From the NCBI RefSeq assembly GCF_016712865.1, contig NZ_JADJQH010000004.1: a DNA stretch of 64,000 nucleotides; one strand, given 5' to 3'. This stretch comes from Dokdonella sp. Lineage in GTDB: Bacteria > Pseudomonadota > Gammaproteobacteria > Xanthomonadales > Rhodanobacteraceae. The notes below the pieces were generated by a model, which saw only the letters and a program-made list of their open reading frames with translations, ran no database searches and was not told the origin of the DNA. Numbering within the stretch: position 1 is the first letter of the stretch; each line of letters starts with the position of its first letter. Shown here one piece after another: positions 63,536 through 64,000 of the stretch. The position numbers and the translations under genes are program-made.

Positions 63536-64000
63536 CTAGCGCGGCGTGCGCAAACCATCGCCGCCACGGCCCTTCACTTCGTACAGCAGGCAATCGGTCT
63601 CGCTGTACCAGACGGCCCAATCCGTGGTTTCGGCACACAGTTGGGAGCCGATGCTGACCGTCACGGCCTGGCCTTCGCAGGTCGGGAAACGCATGGAACG
63701 CACCGCATTGATGATCTGTTGCGCGCGTGAATGCAGTTCCTCGGCACCGGTTACCTGGACCAGCAGCGCAAACTCGTCGCCACCCAGGCGGCAGGGTAGG
63801 TCGCAGGGTGATGCGGCGTTCTTCACTTCCTCGGCAATGGCTCGCAGCACCTGGTCGCCGATCAGATGCCCGCAGCGGTCATTGATCTGCTTGAAGCGGT
63901 CGATGTCGATCAGCAACAGGCCCAGTTCGGTGCCGTGCAAGCGGGTCTCGGACAGATGCTCCAGGTACATGTACAGGCCGCGTCGATTGCACAGTCCGGT
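63536..64000 (-). CDS. GGDEF-domain diguanylate cyclase, C-terminal part (gene continues beyond the window)
   Basis: The frame stays open to the window end. DIDRFKQINDRCGH, RLGGDEFALLV. Confidence 0.8.
   Translation of the reverse strand, partial: TGLCNRRGLYMYLEHLSETRLHGTELGLLLIDIDRFKQINDRCGHLIGDQVLRAIAEEVKNAASPCDLPCRLGGDEFALLVQVTGAEELHSRAQQIINAVRSMRFPTCEGQAVTVSIGSQLCAETTDWAVWYSETDCLLYEVKGRGGDGLRTPR

Overview
This is a 64-kb, high-G+C (by eye mid-60s %) chromosomal window. Its gene content (xanB2-type chorismatase, xanthomonadin-like aryl-polyene genes, ntrBC, phhA/Lrp, secB-gpsA) and dense palindromic intergenic repeats suggest a yellow-pigmented Xanthomonadales/Lysobacterales-type gammaproteobacterium; this taxonomy is inference. 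I call about 62 protein-coding genes and one riboswitch. I saw no rRNA, tRNA, CRISPR, transposase or integrase, and no recognisable defence, secretion-system or phage module. Highlights: (1) An aryl-polyene (xanthomonadin-like) pigment cluster is present as two blocks separated by ~27 kb of housekeeping genes. Block 1 (16.8-25.8 kb) holds hotdog dehydratases, an MMPL exporter, a LolA-like protein, an LpxL-like acyltransferase, a flavin halogenase, a PPTase, an ACP and XanB2. Block 2 (52.9-60.0 kb) holds a FabG-like ketoreductase, DUF1203, a second halogenase, a CPA2 cation/proton antiporter, a GT2, a CLF-like protein and a KS; the last five are chained by ATGA overlaps. (2) One ORF fuses an RDD membrane domain to a type IV pilin-like domain that lacks a prepilin leader. 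(3) Three long homopolymer G tracts (14, 24 and 20 nt) sit where sequence continuity looks broken. Two of them lie at the left end of and within a low-GC ~0.6-kb segment whose right end abuts a seemingly 3'-truncated NatB-like permease. These are either hypermutable tracts or rearrangement scars, or poly-G sequencing artefacts and chimeric joins. (4) A yybP-ykoY (Mn) riboswitch precedes a TerC gene. (5) A low-GC GT-C glycosyltransferase gene and a low-GC GIY-YIG gene flanked by hairpin repeats look acquired. (6) There are at least four intergenic repeat families, including a 96-nt palindromic element in three copies. The most novel-looking items are domain-architecture and operon-context observations that need database and read-level checks.
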